Source: Patescibacteria group bacterium
GTDB taxonomy: Bacteria; Patescibacteriota; Microgenomatia; UBA8517
Assembly (NCBI GenBank): GCA_041499035.1
Contig: JBGQJK010000001.1
Location: 12,314 to 76,313 of the forward strand
Reading direction: 5' to 3'
DNA length: 64,000 nt
The notes under the pieces: generated by a model
Told to the model about the DNA's origin: nothing
What the model saw: the letters and a program-made list of their open reading frames with translations, nothing else
Database searches by the model: none
Made by a program: the position numbers and the translations under genes
Part shown: piece by piece, positions 11,747-20,472 of the stretch
Layout: every line of letters starts with the position of its first letter
Position numbering within the stretch: the first letter of the stretch is position 1

Positions 11747-12538
11747 ATGAAAATTACTAACGAAACGTCCCAAAATCACGTCAATATATTAGGAATTAAA
11801 GTCCTTAGCACTCAGGTGGGCCGTTTGCTAGCAAACGTGAGAGACAATATAACCCATAATTATAGATTTTATATTGTAACCCCAAATCCTGAACTTGTTT
11901 TGGCTTCAACATCCAATTCATTACTCAAACTTGCCCTTAACTCTTCGGATTTTTCTATTCCGGATGGAGTAGGTTTAAATTATGCTTCAAGGTTTCTATA
12001 TGGAAAGCCGATAAACATTATTCCGGGCAGAAACCTTTTTCATAATCTAATAGAATTGGCTAACAAAAAAGGTTGGAGGGTATTTTTCTTAGGTGGAAAG
12101 GCATTGGAAGCCCAAAAAGCGGCGGATAGACTGAAATTGAATTACAAGAAAATAAGAATAGAAACCTTTTCCGGTCCTAAACTAAATAAAGATGGTCAAC
12201 CGCTAGGTGAAAATGATAAGTCTTTGCAAAAAGAGGCCGTTTCTATGATAAATAAATTTTCCCCCCAACTTCTCTTTGTGGCATTTGGTAATCCCAAGCA
12301 GGAGATTTGGCTCTATAAAAATCTTAAAGGCCTGAATATCGGGGGAGCAATGGCAGTAGGGGGTACTTTCCGCTACACCGCGGGGTTATCCAAACTTCCT
12401 CCAAAGTGGATGGAAAAAGCGGGCTTAGAATGGCTTTGGAGACTTATTACGGAGCCCCGGAGACTCGGAAGGATTATTAATGCATCAATTGTTTTCCCTT
12501 TAAGAGTTTTCCTATTTAAGATTGGAGTCCGAGACTAG
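11747..12538 (+). CDS. WecB/TagA/CpsF-family glycosyltransferase
   Basis: FVAFGNPKQEIW motif and a size typical of WecG/TagA. Confidence 0.7.
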   Translation: MKITNETSQNHVNILGIKVLSTQVGRLLANVRDNITHNYRFYIVTPNPELVLASTSNSLLKLALNSSDFSIPDGVGLNYASRFLYGKPINIIPGRNLFHNLIELANKKGWRVFFLGGKALEAQKAADRLKLNYKKIRIETFSGPKLNKDGQPLGENDKSLQKEAVSMINKFSPQLLFVAFGNPKQEIWLYKNLKGLNIGGAMAVGGTFRYTAGLSKLPPKWMEKAGLEWLWRLITEPRRLGRIINASIVFPLRVFLFKIGVRD

Positions 12539-12770
12539 GATTACAGGCCGCTCGGTCCAGGAAGTGTGATAAATCTGATGCTGAACCGTTTGTTTCAACT
12601 ATAGCTTCACCATTCGGTTGTATTCCGCCACAAATAGCTTCACCTAAGCGAATCGCGTTTGCTGCTCTTGCTGAGCAAGTTAGACATTTTGGGGCGATCT
12701 GCCTGGCTATTTCAGAATCTGAGGCCCTGATCACTGTCATATCTTTTCCTTCGATTAATTGTATAGACAT
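12516..12770 (-). CDS. small Cys-containing protein, DUF1858-like (tentative)
   Basis: CLTCSA...LGEA...GI pattern; it resembles the small minus-strand ORF at 31506-31784. Confidence 0.3.
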   Translation of the reverse strand: MSIQLIEGKDMTVIRASDSEIARQIAPKCLTCSARAANAIRLGEAICGGIQPNGEAIVETNGSASDLSHFLDRAACNPSLGLQS

Positions 12771-12902
12771 GTGTGGTATTTTATATGAAGCCGGATTTTT
12801 GTCAACCGGCCAAATATATATAGTAAGATTTTTTCAGAAGGATTTAAGTAGAGTTTCAAAATTGCCTATTGACATAGCCTGTGAAAGACGTAAATATATG
12901 CT

Positions 12903-13592
12903 ATGAAAAGGTTTTCAGTTGTTATTTTTCTTCTTGGACTGCTTGTGTTCCTTTCCGGTGCTTCATCCGCGAAAGCATTTTCGGCAGGTCCTGTTGGCAG
13001 AAATGCACTAAGAGCATATCCGGGCCCCGGAGTTGGTGAAGTTACAATTGATTGGCAGCGATATTTCCTGGATGGTGAGAATTTTTCGCTTCATTATGGC
13101 ACAGTCCCTGGTGGTTATCAGTGGGTTGCTCCTTATATTGGTTACATTAGTACTTATACAGTTAGAGGTTTGACTCCCGGTAAAAGATACTTTTTTGCGG
13201 TAGAGGGCATAAGAACGGGGGGATCGTCGGCAGGCTGGGATGGTGAAGTTTCGGCTATTGCGCCGAGTGCTCCGACTACTGTAGTTATAGGCGGCCCGAT
13301 TGGTAGAAACTCTTTGGTCGCAAAAACTGGAGCAAAAAGCGGTACGGTTGATCTTACCTGGAAGAGATTCTTTAATGATACCCAACTTTACAGCATCGTT
13401 TATGGTCTGCAACCGGGTAAGTTTATCTATGGAGTTTTAAACGCAGTTGATACAACTCCTGCAGATGTAGGTAATTATACCTACACAATTGGCGCTCTAC
13501 GCCCCGGAGTAAGATATTACTTCGCTCTGGTTCCTCAGAGGAATGGCCAGGCTATATACGTGAGTACTCAAACCTCGGCAGTAGCCAGATAA
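12903..13592 (+). CDS. secreted protein with two tandem FN3-like beta-sandwich repeats
   Basis: A signal peptide and an internal duplication (GPVGRNALRAYPG...DWQRYF and GPIGRNSLVAKTG...TWKRFF). Confidence 0.45.
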   Translation: MKRFSVVIFLLGLLVFLSGASSAKAFSAGPVGRNALRAYPGPGVGEVTIDWQRYFLDGENFSLHYGTVPGGYQWVAPYIGYISTYTVRGLTPGKRYFFAVEGIRTGGSSAGWDGEVSAIAPSAPTTVVIGGPIGRNSLVAKTGAKSGTVDLTWKRFFNDTQLYSIVYGLQPGKFIYGVLNAVDTTPADVGNYTYTIGALRPGVRYYFALVPQRNGQAIYVSTQTSAVAR

Positions 13593-13600
13593 ATTCTTCT

Positions 13601-14041
13601 CTATATTAGTTTAACTCTTTGAATCAAGCCGTCTATCTTGTCGGTAATTTTTTTGTAGATCTCCTCTGTTTCCGGAATTGCGATTGAATCCTGTTCCAGG
13701 CTATTTTTGAGATCTTCTATATCCCAGATTTCAAAATTCTTTCCCTCGAAGCCAAGCCCATCTACACACCAGTCGTACTGCATCTTCTGCATAAAGACTA
13801 TCAAATCCATGCCATCGAGCGATTCTTTAACTGTCTGGTGCCAAGTTGATGATTCAAAAGGAATCAAATTGTTATTCTTGATTATTCTTTGGGCTTGCCA
13901 AGTAATTGGCCCGTCAAGAGCATTACTGGCTTCAATGCCGCTCGAGCTAACCTCAAGCCCTTTTATCTGCTTCGAATTTAAATAAGCCTCAGCCATACGG
14001 CTTCTGAATGTATTTCCTTTGCAGACAAAGTGGATTTTCAT
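13601..14041 (-). CDS. low-molecular-weight protein-tyrosine phosphatase / ArsC-type
   Basis: P-loop VCKGNTFRSRMAEA (CX5R) at the N-terminus. The start is trimmed to the MKIHFVC Met to avoid overlapping the sigma-factor gene. Confidence 0.7.
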   Translation of the reverse strand: MKIHFVCKGNTFRSRMAEAYLNSKQIKGLEVSSSGIEASNALDGPITWQAQRIIKNNNLIPFESSTWHQTVKESLDGMDLIVFMQKMQYDWCVDGLGFEGKNFEIWDIEDLKNSLEQDSIAIPETEEIYKKITDKIDGLIQRVKLI

Positions 14042-14045
14042 TATA

Positions 14046-14588
14046 TTATTTTGATTGCTTTTCCCAAACTTCGGCAAAATCCTCTTTGGCCCTGTAAATT
14101 CTTCCCTCAACCGCTCGCTCGGAGATTCCCATTATCTTACCGATTTGCTCGTAGGAATAATCTTTCCAATACTTGAACCACAAGAGACGTCTTTTTTCAA
14201 ACGGTAGTAAGTTCAGACAATCGTTGACGGAAACTCTTAATTCTTTAAGCGCCAAAGTTTCTTCCGGCGACAATTTATCTGTGTCAATATATGTCAAACT
14301 ATCAAGTAGAGGAACAATAAAGCGCGAATTTTCGTTGACTTGGTCATGATAGTAGTCGGCAATTTTGTTTAAAGCGATTCTGCAAAGCCAGGTAAAATAT
14401 GAACTTTTGTGTTCAAAAGCTTTATAGCCTTTCCATCCGGCAACAATTGTTTCTTCAAAAACTTCCTCAACTGCCGTTTGATCCTTTCTCAAATGTTTGG
14501 CAATGAATTTAAAAAGGGCGGGGGAGTATTTTTTATACTGTGCCTCAAACCGTTTGTGATGTTTAAAACCGAAGCGTGGGTTTTGCAT
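14046..14588 (-). CDS. ECF-type sigma-70 family RNA polymerase sigma factor
   Basis: Region 2 (YFTWLCRIALNKIADYY) and a region-4 HTH (YEQIGKIMGISERAVEGRIYRAKE). Confidence 0.75.
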   Translation of the reverse strand: MQNPRFGFKHHKRFEAQYKKYSPALFKFIAKHLRKDQTAVEEVFEETIVAGWKGYKAFEHKSSYFTWLCRIALNKIADYYHDQVNENSRFIVPLLDSLTYIDTDKLSPEETLALKELRVSVNDCLNLLPFEKRRLLWFKYWKDYSYEQIGKIMGISERAVEGRIYRAKEDFAEVWEKQSK

Positions 14589-14612
14589 AAAACTTAGGAC
14601 TAATTATATACT

Positions 14613-14855
14613 ATGAACACTGCTGAAGGGATAAGGTCGGAGGAACGATACAGATTTGAAGCACCAACGGAAGAGATTAAGGCACCCAGAATTGATCTAA
14701 GCGAACTGCTGCAGGAGGGTGGCGAAATGTTACAGGAAGGCTGGAATTTGGTTTGGGAGTATCCCGGAAGCAAAGAAAATCATGAATGGTTTTTGGTAAA
14801 GTGGATTGATGGGAAGATCCAACAGGTTATAGGAAGTGGAAACGGAAGAAAATAA
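14613..14855 (+). CDS. hypothetical small protein
   Basis: An ORF only. Confidence 0.25.
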   Translation: MNTAEGIRSEERYRFEAPTEEIKAPRIDLSELLQEGGEMLQEGWNLVWEYPGSKENHEWFLVKWIDGKIQQVIGSGNGRK

Positions 14856-14916
14856 GTGAGAAAATACTGCTTCAAGTTAAAATATCGCTTAATAATGTAT
14901 AATTCCAAGTGAATTT

Positions 14917-16002
14917 ATGAACAAAATAAACGGGTTGTTAGGCAAAAAATACCTCTCTGATTATCTGAAGAAATCTGACCCGCTTTTTGAACGATTTCTC
15001 AAGAAAAAGGAAAATGAGTCCAGAATGAACGATCCTTTGGATGGGGAAATTATCAAGCGTTTTACAGAAGTTGCTAAATTAGGCAAGAAAATAAGGGGGG
15101 CGTTAGTTGTTTTGGGCTATCAGATCGGTGCCGGAAAGATAGATAAAAACATTATAGATACCAGTCTCTTCGTCGAGCTGTTTCACGCAGGCGTTTTGGT
15201 TCATGATGATATTCAAGATCGAGGTGATTTTCGTCGTGGGCTGCCTACGTTACACAGGCAGTTTGAAAAGTTGGGATCAAAACTAGGCGTGACAATTGAC
15301 AAGTATCACTATGGTGAATCAATCGCAATTGATGCAGGTATTTCCGCTTACTTTTATTCTTTTGATAAATTACTAAAATCCAAGTTTCCTCAAGATCGCC
15401 TGATAGAAACCGCCCTTCTATATTCCAAGTATGTTCAAAGAGTCTCTGACGGACAGTCACTAGACATTACAGGGATGACTTCCAAAAAAGTTGAAGAAAA
15501 ATACGTTTTAACAATGCTAAAACTAAAGGCTGCAGAATACACCGGCGTTATGCCATTGCTTTGTGGAGCTTCTCTGGCGGGTATGAAAGATGCAACGAGG
15601 CTAAAAGCGATGGAAGAATATGGGCTCTGTTTTGGATGGGCATTTCAAATTCAAGATGACCTTTTAGGTTTATATGGTAATGAGATCGAACTGGGTAAGG
15701 TAGTAGGGTCTGATATAAAAGAGGGGAAGAATACGTTATTTACTTTCTATTTATCTAAACATGGCAATAAAGATCAAATTGCCTTTATGAAAAAAACTCT
15801 GGGTAATCAGAATGCTAGCAGGAAAGACATAAAGAATTTCAAACGCATACTTAAGGAGACAGGATCTTACGATTATGTAATTAAAACTGGCTGGAATTAT
15901 GTGGAAAGGGGTAGAAAACAAATTCCGTATATTACCCATGACCGGAAAATTCAAGACATTTTAGAGTCCTTAATTTATTACATGATGGAGCGAACACTGT
16001 GA
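14917..16002 (+). CDS. trans-polyprenyl diphosphate synthase (GGPP/FPP synthase family)
   Basis: First DDxxD-type motif LVHDDIQD and second motif FQIQDDLLG. Confidence 0.8.
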   Translation: MNKINGLLGKKYLSDYLKKSDPLFERFLKKKENESRMNDPLDGEIIKRFTEVAKLGKKIRGALVVLGYQIGAGKIDKNIIDTSLFVELFHAGVLVHDDIQDRGDFRRGLPTLHRQFEKLGSKLGVTIDKYHYGESIAIDAGISAYFYSFDKLLKSKFPQDRLIETALLYSKYVQRVSDGQSLDITGMTSKKVEEKYVLTMLKLKAAEYTGVMPLLCGASLAGMKDATRLKAMEEYGLCFGWAFQIQDDLLGLYGNEIELGKVVGSDIKEGKNTLFTFYLSKHGNKDQIAFMKKTLGNQNASRKDIKNFKRILKETGSYDYVIKTGWNYVERGRKQIPYITHDRKIQDILESLIYYMMERTL

Positions 16003-16011
16003 TACTTTGGT

Positions 16012-16917
16012 ATGAACAAAGAAATTATAAATGGTGGCCATTTGGATATAGGAAAAGGACAGTATGAGTGGTGGTATTTCGATTTTGTCGGGAAAAACGG
16101 GGATGCTTTTAACATAATCATGCATGCCTCAGATGTCTTTGGAATTGATCAAAATACATACTATTCTGCATCTTTTTTATATAGAGATGGTGTCCAAAAA
16201 TATCTAAGGGGAAAGGAGAAGGGGTTTGAGATAAAAAGAGGGGGAGCCTTTCTTTCCGTCGAAAACGGACTCGTTCTTGAGGATGAAAAGTGGATTAAAT
16301 TTGACTTAGCATTTGACGACAGCACATCCATAAAAGGGAGGATCGAAAAAAATAAAAGATTAAAACCAATTAATAATGGTGTTTTATATGAGGCAGAAAG
16401 CCGGTTCGGGATGTGGGTTCCTTCGATTGTGAACGGGAAGTTTGATATCCAAATAACTAAAGATGGAAAAGAAAAGTTTTTTAGAGGGCATGCCTACCAT
16501 GATCACCAGTGGGGGAATTTACCGATACAAGAACATATCTATGACTGGGTGTGGGGCCACTTTAATCAAGGTAGCCTTGGGACCGTTTTTTTTAAGATTA
16601 GAACGAATTCCAACGATATAATAAATAGATACTATCTTATCGATTCCAATAATGTCATGTCCGGTTCGGATGAAATCAGAGAAGATTTTTTTGCGCAACT
16701 AATTAATAATCCTAAACCGGAAACTTCCAGATTAGATGTTAATATTGATATTGAAAGTAATGCACTATCCTTCAAGATTTCTCCCGATGAATTAATGCGG
16801 CGAAGAATAGGCGAAAGAGTTGGAGATAAGCTCTTTACCTATTTGCGGTGGAGCACGGATTGTGTATTTGGTTACAGAAAAATGCAAGGAATCACTGAAT
16901 ATATGAGGTTTAGATAA
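16012..16917 (+). CDS. CrtC/AttH-like (hydroxyneurosporene synthase-type lipocalin) protein
   Basis: N-terminal EWWYFD and a DHQWGN motif, both characteristic of the AttH/CrtC family. Confidence 0.45.
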   Translation: MNKEIINGGHLDIGKGQYEWWYFDFVGKNGDAFNIIMHASDVFGIDQNTYYSASFLYRDGVQKYLRGKEKGFEIKRGGAFLSVENGLVLEDEKWIKFDLAFDDSTSIKGRIEKNKRLKPINNGVLYEAESRFGMWVPSIVNGKFDIQITKDGKEKFFRGHAYHDHQWGNLPIQEHIYDWVWGHFNQGSLGTVFFKIRTNSNDIINRYYLIDSNNVMSGSDEIREDFFAQLINNPKPETSRLDVNIDIESNALSFKISPDELMRRRIGERVGDKLFTYLRWSTDCVFGYRKMQGITEYMRFR

Positions 16918-16918
16918 A

Positions 16919-17491
16919 ATGGATTTTACAATAGTTATTTTAGCTGGATATGCTGGTGCTGGTAAATCTACGATTGCCCGGTCTCTTTCGGGTCGATCTG
17001 GGCTTGGTTTTGTTGATCATCAAAAAGTCTTGCACGACATTGCGGCTTCCAAAGGTTTTGATCGATCAAGGTATTGGCTGGAGGAGGTCGGGTTTGAGGA
17101 ATTTACCAGAGAGTCTACCCGAAAATTAATTGAACTAACTGCGCAGGTTAAATCCGGCGGCGGTCGAGGTGTAATTTTAGACGCTGCTTATGGAACTCTG
17201 ATGGTAAAGGAGTTTAGAGATAAGTTTCCGGATTCTAAATTGCTAATTGGAGAGGTAATCGCAGGCCAAGAAATTCGCGCGGAAAGGATTGGGCATAGAA
17301 TGGGTGGTGTCAATAAAGAATCTGCTGCTTCTGAAATGAGATTCAGAGATGATTTTTTAGACAGTGTTGGCTTAGAACAAGTTCTCCCTCTTGTGGATTT
17401 TAGGATAGAAAATAAGGTGAATGGGAATTTAGATGAGGTTGTATTAGATATAGAGACAAAACTCAAAGGTCTTGGAGTCGGTATGGTATAA
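16919..17491 (+). CDS. P-loop NTPase/small-molecule kinase-fold protein
   Basis: Walker A GYAGAGKST; about 190 aa. Confidence 0.45.
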   Translation: MDFTIVILAGYAGAGKSTIARSLSGRSGLGFVDHQKVLHDIAASKGFDRSRYWLEEVGFEEFTRESTRKLIELTAQVKSGGGRGVILDAAYGTLMVKEFRDKFPDSKLLIGEVIAGQEIRAERIGHRMGGVNKESAASEMRFRDDFLDSVGLEQVLPLVDFRIENKVNGNLDEVVLDIETKLKGLGVGMV

Positions 17492-17500
17492 TCTTCAGGC

Positions 17501-18751
17501 ATGGCAGAACAGATTAGTCTCCCCAAAGGCACGGTTCTTCCCAACCACATAGCTATGATCCTTGATGGCAACCGTCGCTGGGCACGTTCGCGTGGGTTTG
17601 AACCGTGGCAGGGGCACTATTATGGTTATAAGGCTGTTAATGCATTAGCGCACGCTACGCGTAACCTTGGGATCCATACGTTCACAGTTTGGGCTTTCTC
17701 TACAGAAAATTGGGAGCGACCGAAGCATGAAATTGACGAGATAATGAATATTTTCAGGCGGGCTCTCAAAGAAACCGAAAAGGATTTCCATAAAGAGCAC
17801 GTTGCTATGGTTCACCTTGGTAGAAAAGATAGATTGCCCATCGATATTCGTTCTGAAGTTGCAAGAATCGAGGCCGAAACGGCAAAATACGCGCCTGAGC
17901 ATATTTTTAATATGGCCATTGATTATGGGGGTAGGGATGAAATTGTCCGCGCCGTTCAAAAAATTGTTAAGGACAAAGTTCCGGCGGATAAGGTTGACGA
18001 AAAAGCTTTTGAAAAATACTTAGATACTTACGGGCAACCTTATCCTGATCCGGACCTTTTCATCCGTACCAGTGGGGAACAGCGTACAAGCGGGCTTCTT
18101 CCGTGGCAGATGACCTATACGGAATTTTATTTTGAGCAGGAACATCTTCCTGACTTTTCTCCCGAAAAACTAAAAGAGGCAATTTTGGACTATAGCAGAC
18201 GCAGGCGCAGATTTGGTGGCAACGATGCCCTGGAGCATTTTGGCTTTGATCCGGAAGTTTTGGCACGCTTGGAACTTAAATGGTGGAGACTCGGGAACGT
18301 TCCGGAGGGAATGAAACTTCGCGAATATGCCATGAAACATATAAGGGAACAATACGGGCTATCAAAGGAGCTCGGTACCCGGGCAGCTCGGCTTCTATTG
18401 GAAGCAATAGCCGAGGAAAACAGGAATAAGCTTGATGAAGCCAAAAACAGTCTCAAAAAGTTTTACAAACTTATTAAGGCTGAAGTTAAGTTGGCATTTG
18501 AACCGGAGATAGTTGCCTCACTCGAGGTAAGGATGCGAGGCGAAAAAGGGGAAGTGGAGGATACCACCCGCGAATATTTGGCGGAAGTTTATAGAATTTC
18601 ACTTTTCCAGGCGGCAAAGGCCGCTCATCTTAAAGTTCTGGCGTCTGTCGAGCGCAATTTAGCCCAAGCGGGGATGGGCGAGAACCACTGGGTTAAGGCG
18701 GAAGATTATCTCCAAAAGTACTACCGCGCACTGAAGGAACGTGTCGCGTGA
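17501..18751 (+). CDS. uppS: cis-prenyltransferase (undecaprenyl-diphosphate synthase family) with a ~170-aa helical C-terminal extension
   Basis: DGNRRWA motif and the rest of the UPPS core; 416 aa in total against a typical ~250. Confidence 0.75.
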   Translation: MAEQISLPKGTVLPNHIAMILDGNRRWARSRGFEPWQGHYYGYKAVNALAHATRNLGIHTFTVWAFSTENWERPKHEIDEIMNIFRRALKETEKDFHKEHVAMVHLGRKDRLPIDIRSEVARIEAETAKYAPEHIFNMAIDYGGRDEIVRAVQKIVKDKVPADKVDEKAFEKYLDTYGQPYPDPDLFIRTSGEQRTSGLLPWQMTYTEFYFEQEHLPDFSPEKLKEAILDYSRRRRRFGGNDALEHFGFDPEVLARLELKWWRLGNVPEGMKLREYAMKHIREQYGLSKELGTRAARLLLEAIAEENRNKLDEAKNSLKKFYKLIKAEVKLAFEPEIVASLEVRMRGEKGEVEDTTREYLAEVYRISLFQAAKAAHLKVLASVERNLAQAGMGENHWVKAEDYLQKYYRALKERVA

Positions 18752-18840
18752 CGACTGCGTGCGGCCAGGCTATGATTGCAGAAGCAATCGCTTACAGAGC
18801 ACTTAAAGAAAGAGTTGCCTAAAAAATAGTACAATCAATT

Positions 18841-20406
18841 GTGTTTAACCGAAGGCGCTTACCGATGGAAGTTGAGCTTGTGGTTTTAAGCTTCCTGGCA
18901 GTTTCTTTATTCACTTTTGCTTACTCATTACAAAACAATTCCCAAAAACCCCAAAAATCAAAAGCTGCAGGCAACACTTACTATGTTTCAACAGGCGGAA
19001 ACGACGCTAATCCAGGCTCGCTTGTCCTGCCTTTTGGAAGTCTAGCAAAAGTGGCCAGTGTGGCCAGAAGCGGAGACACAATTTTTGTAAGAGGCGGAAA
19101 TTATACCTCCGTTGTTGGCGGAGTTAAGTTTTCTGATAGTAATGTCACACTTCGTAATTATCCAGGCGAGCAGGTAGTTATCAAAATGCCTGCCGGGTCG
19201 CATAATAACGATTGGTCGATGTTCCAGTGCTGGCATTCCCCCCCAGGAACAGCGGCTGCAAATGGTTTTGAAGCTGATGGAATCAAAGTTCTTGGAACAG
19301 ACGTTAGCCCTCAAACTTTGCGCGACGGAGTTGTTAGTAAAAAAGGTATTGTTCTTTATACCGATCCGGGTCAATCAAATGCAACTGAAGCCAGTGGGTT
19401 TGAAGTCTCGGGTTGCAACAACTGGGAGGTTTCCGGCGTTGATTTTGTCGGGATGGGCTATGGCATTTTCCAAAAGAAGTGGCTCTACTCGTATGCAGGA
19501 ACAGGAGGGGTAAACTATGCAACTCATGGCTGGTACGTTCATAACAACCGTGTTTACGGCTATACACGGGAGTCCGGATTTCAATTCAATGGTAACTCAA
19601 ACTTAATTGAGAATAATGAGATTCATAAAGTTCTAACCTATACTAACAGTCCATATGGGTGTCAAGGTCTTAACCTACTCGGCCACGACAACATCGTCAG
19701 AAATAATACCATCGATATTTATGGCTCGCCGGTCAGGTGTGACGGAATTCTTTTTGAGTGGGACATCTCGGATAATAACCTCATCGAAAATAATATTATT
19801 TATGGCACCATCGGGTCTTCCTTTAATGTTCAGGGTGGGGATGGCAATATCATTCGTAATAATCAGATATCAAACGGCTACAATGTGTTTGCCCCAAACG
19901 GCAGTACGGCTACATCCTGGCCCTGTGATGAACTTGCTCCGGGTAACTCTGCCGCCTCAATTGTTCCCGCGAATAGCCCCGCAGCTACCGACTATCAGTA
20001 CTTTTGGAATCCCCGCGATTGTGCCTCAAGGAACAATCAATTTAGCGGCAATGTTGTAATACCACCGAGCGGAGTAGGTGGAAACCCTGTTCCTACACCG
20101 ACACCAACAAAAACTCCAAGCCCTACCCCAACGTTAACACCAACCCATACACCGTCGTCTTCACCTACAAAAACGCCTTCCCCTGGACCAAGCGGAACAG
20201 GAAGCCATACTCCCACACCAATTCCTACAGGAACCGCTAAAGTGGGGGATGTGAATGCCGATGGGCTAATTAATATCGTTGATATAGGGTTGATAATTGA
20301 CAATTATGGACAAAGAAACCCTTCATACGTAAAAACAGATGTTAACGGAGACGGCATAGTTAATATAATCGATATTGGCATCGTGATAGACAACTACGGT
20401 AAGTAA
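18841..20406 (+). CDS. secreted right-handed beta-helix (pectate-lyase fold) protein with a Pro/Thr linker and C-terminal class-1 dockerin-like module
   Basis: PbH1-type repeats (NNxIxxN...), a PTPTPTKTPSPTPT linker, and a C-terminal GDVNADGLINIVDIGLIIDNYG ... DVNGDGIVNIIDIGIVIDNYGK. Confidence 0.6.
   Translation: MFNRRRLPMEVELVVLSFLAVSLFTFAYSLQNNSQKPQKSKAAGNTYYVSTGGNDANPGSLVLPFGSLAKVASVARSGDTIFVRGGNYTSVVGGVKFSDSNVTLRNYPGEQVVIKMPAGSHNNDWSMFQCWHSPPGTAAANGFEADGIKVLGTDVSPQTLRDGVVSKKGIVLYTDPGQSNATEASGFEVSGCNNWEVSGVDFVGMGYGIFQKKWLYSYAGTGGVNYATHGWYVHNNRVYGYTRESGFQFNGNSNLIENNEIHKVLTYTNSPYGCQGLNLLGHDNIVRNNTIDIYGSPVRCDGILFEWDISDNNLIENNIIYGTIGSSFNVQGGDGNIIRNNQISNGYNVFAPNGSTATSWPCDELAPGNSAASIVPANSPAATDYQYFWNPRDCASRNNQFSGNVVIPPSGVGGNPVPTPTPTKTPSPTPTLTPTHTPSSSPTKTPSPGPSGTGSHTPTPIPTGTAKVGDVNADGLINIVDIGLIIDNYGQRNPSYVKTDVNGDGIVNIIDIGIVIDNYGK
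20089..20230 (+). repeat. Pro/Thr-linker-coding low-complexity repeat (also at 30880-31080, 31190-31320 and 47330-47420)
   Basis: ccNacNccNac periodicity encoding PTPTPTKTPSPTPT. Confidence 0.6.
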
Positions 20407-20472
20407 TTCACTTTACACTTTTCACGGAAAAGTTTAAGCTTAAATATATTCGTGTTAGCGAATGTGTTTGGT

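Noticed and set aside
20037-20303. Minus-strand ORFs opposite the Pro/Thr linker regions (20037-20303, 30522-31058, also 46619-46912 on the plus strand opposite the His-rich gene)
   Set aside because: They are antisense artefacts of low-complexity PT/HD-coding DNA (G/V-rich mirror translations).
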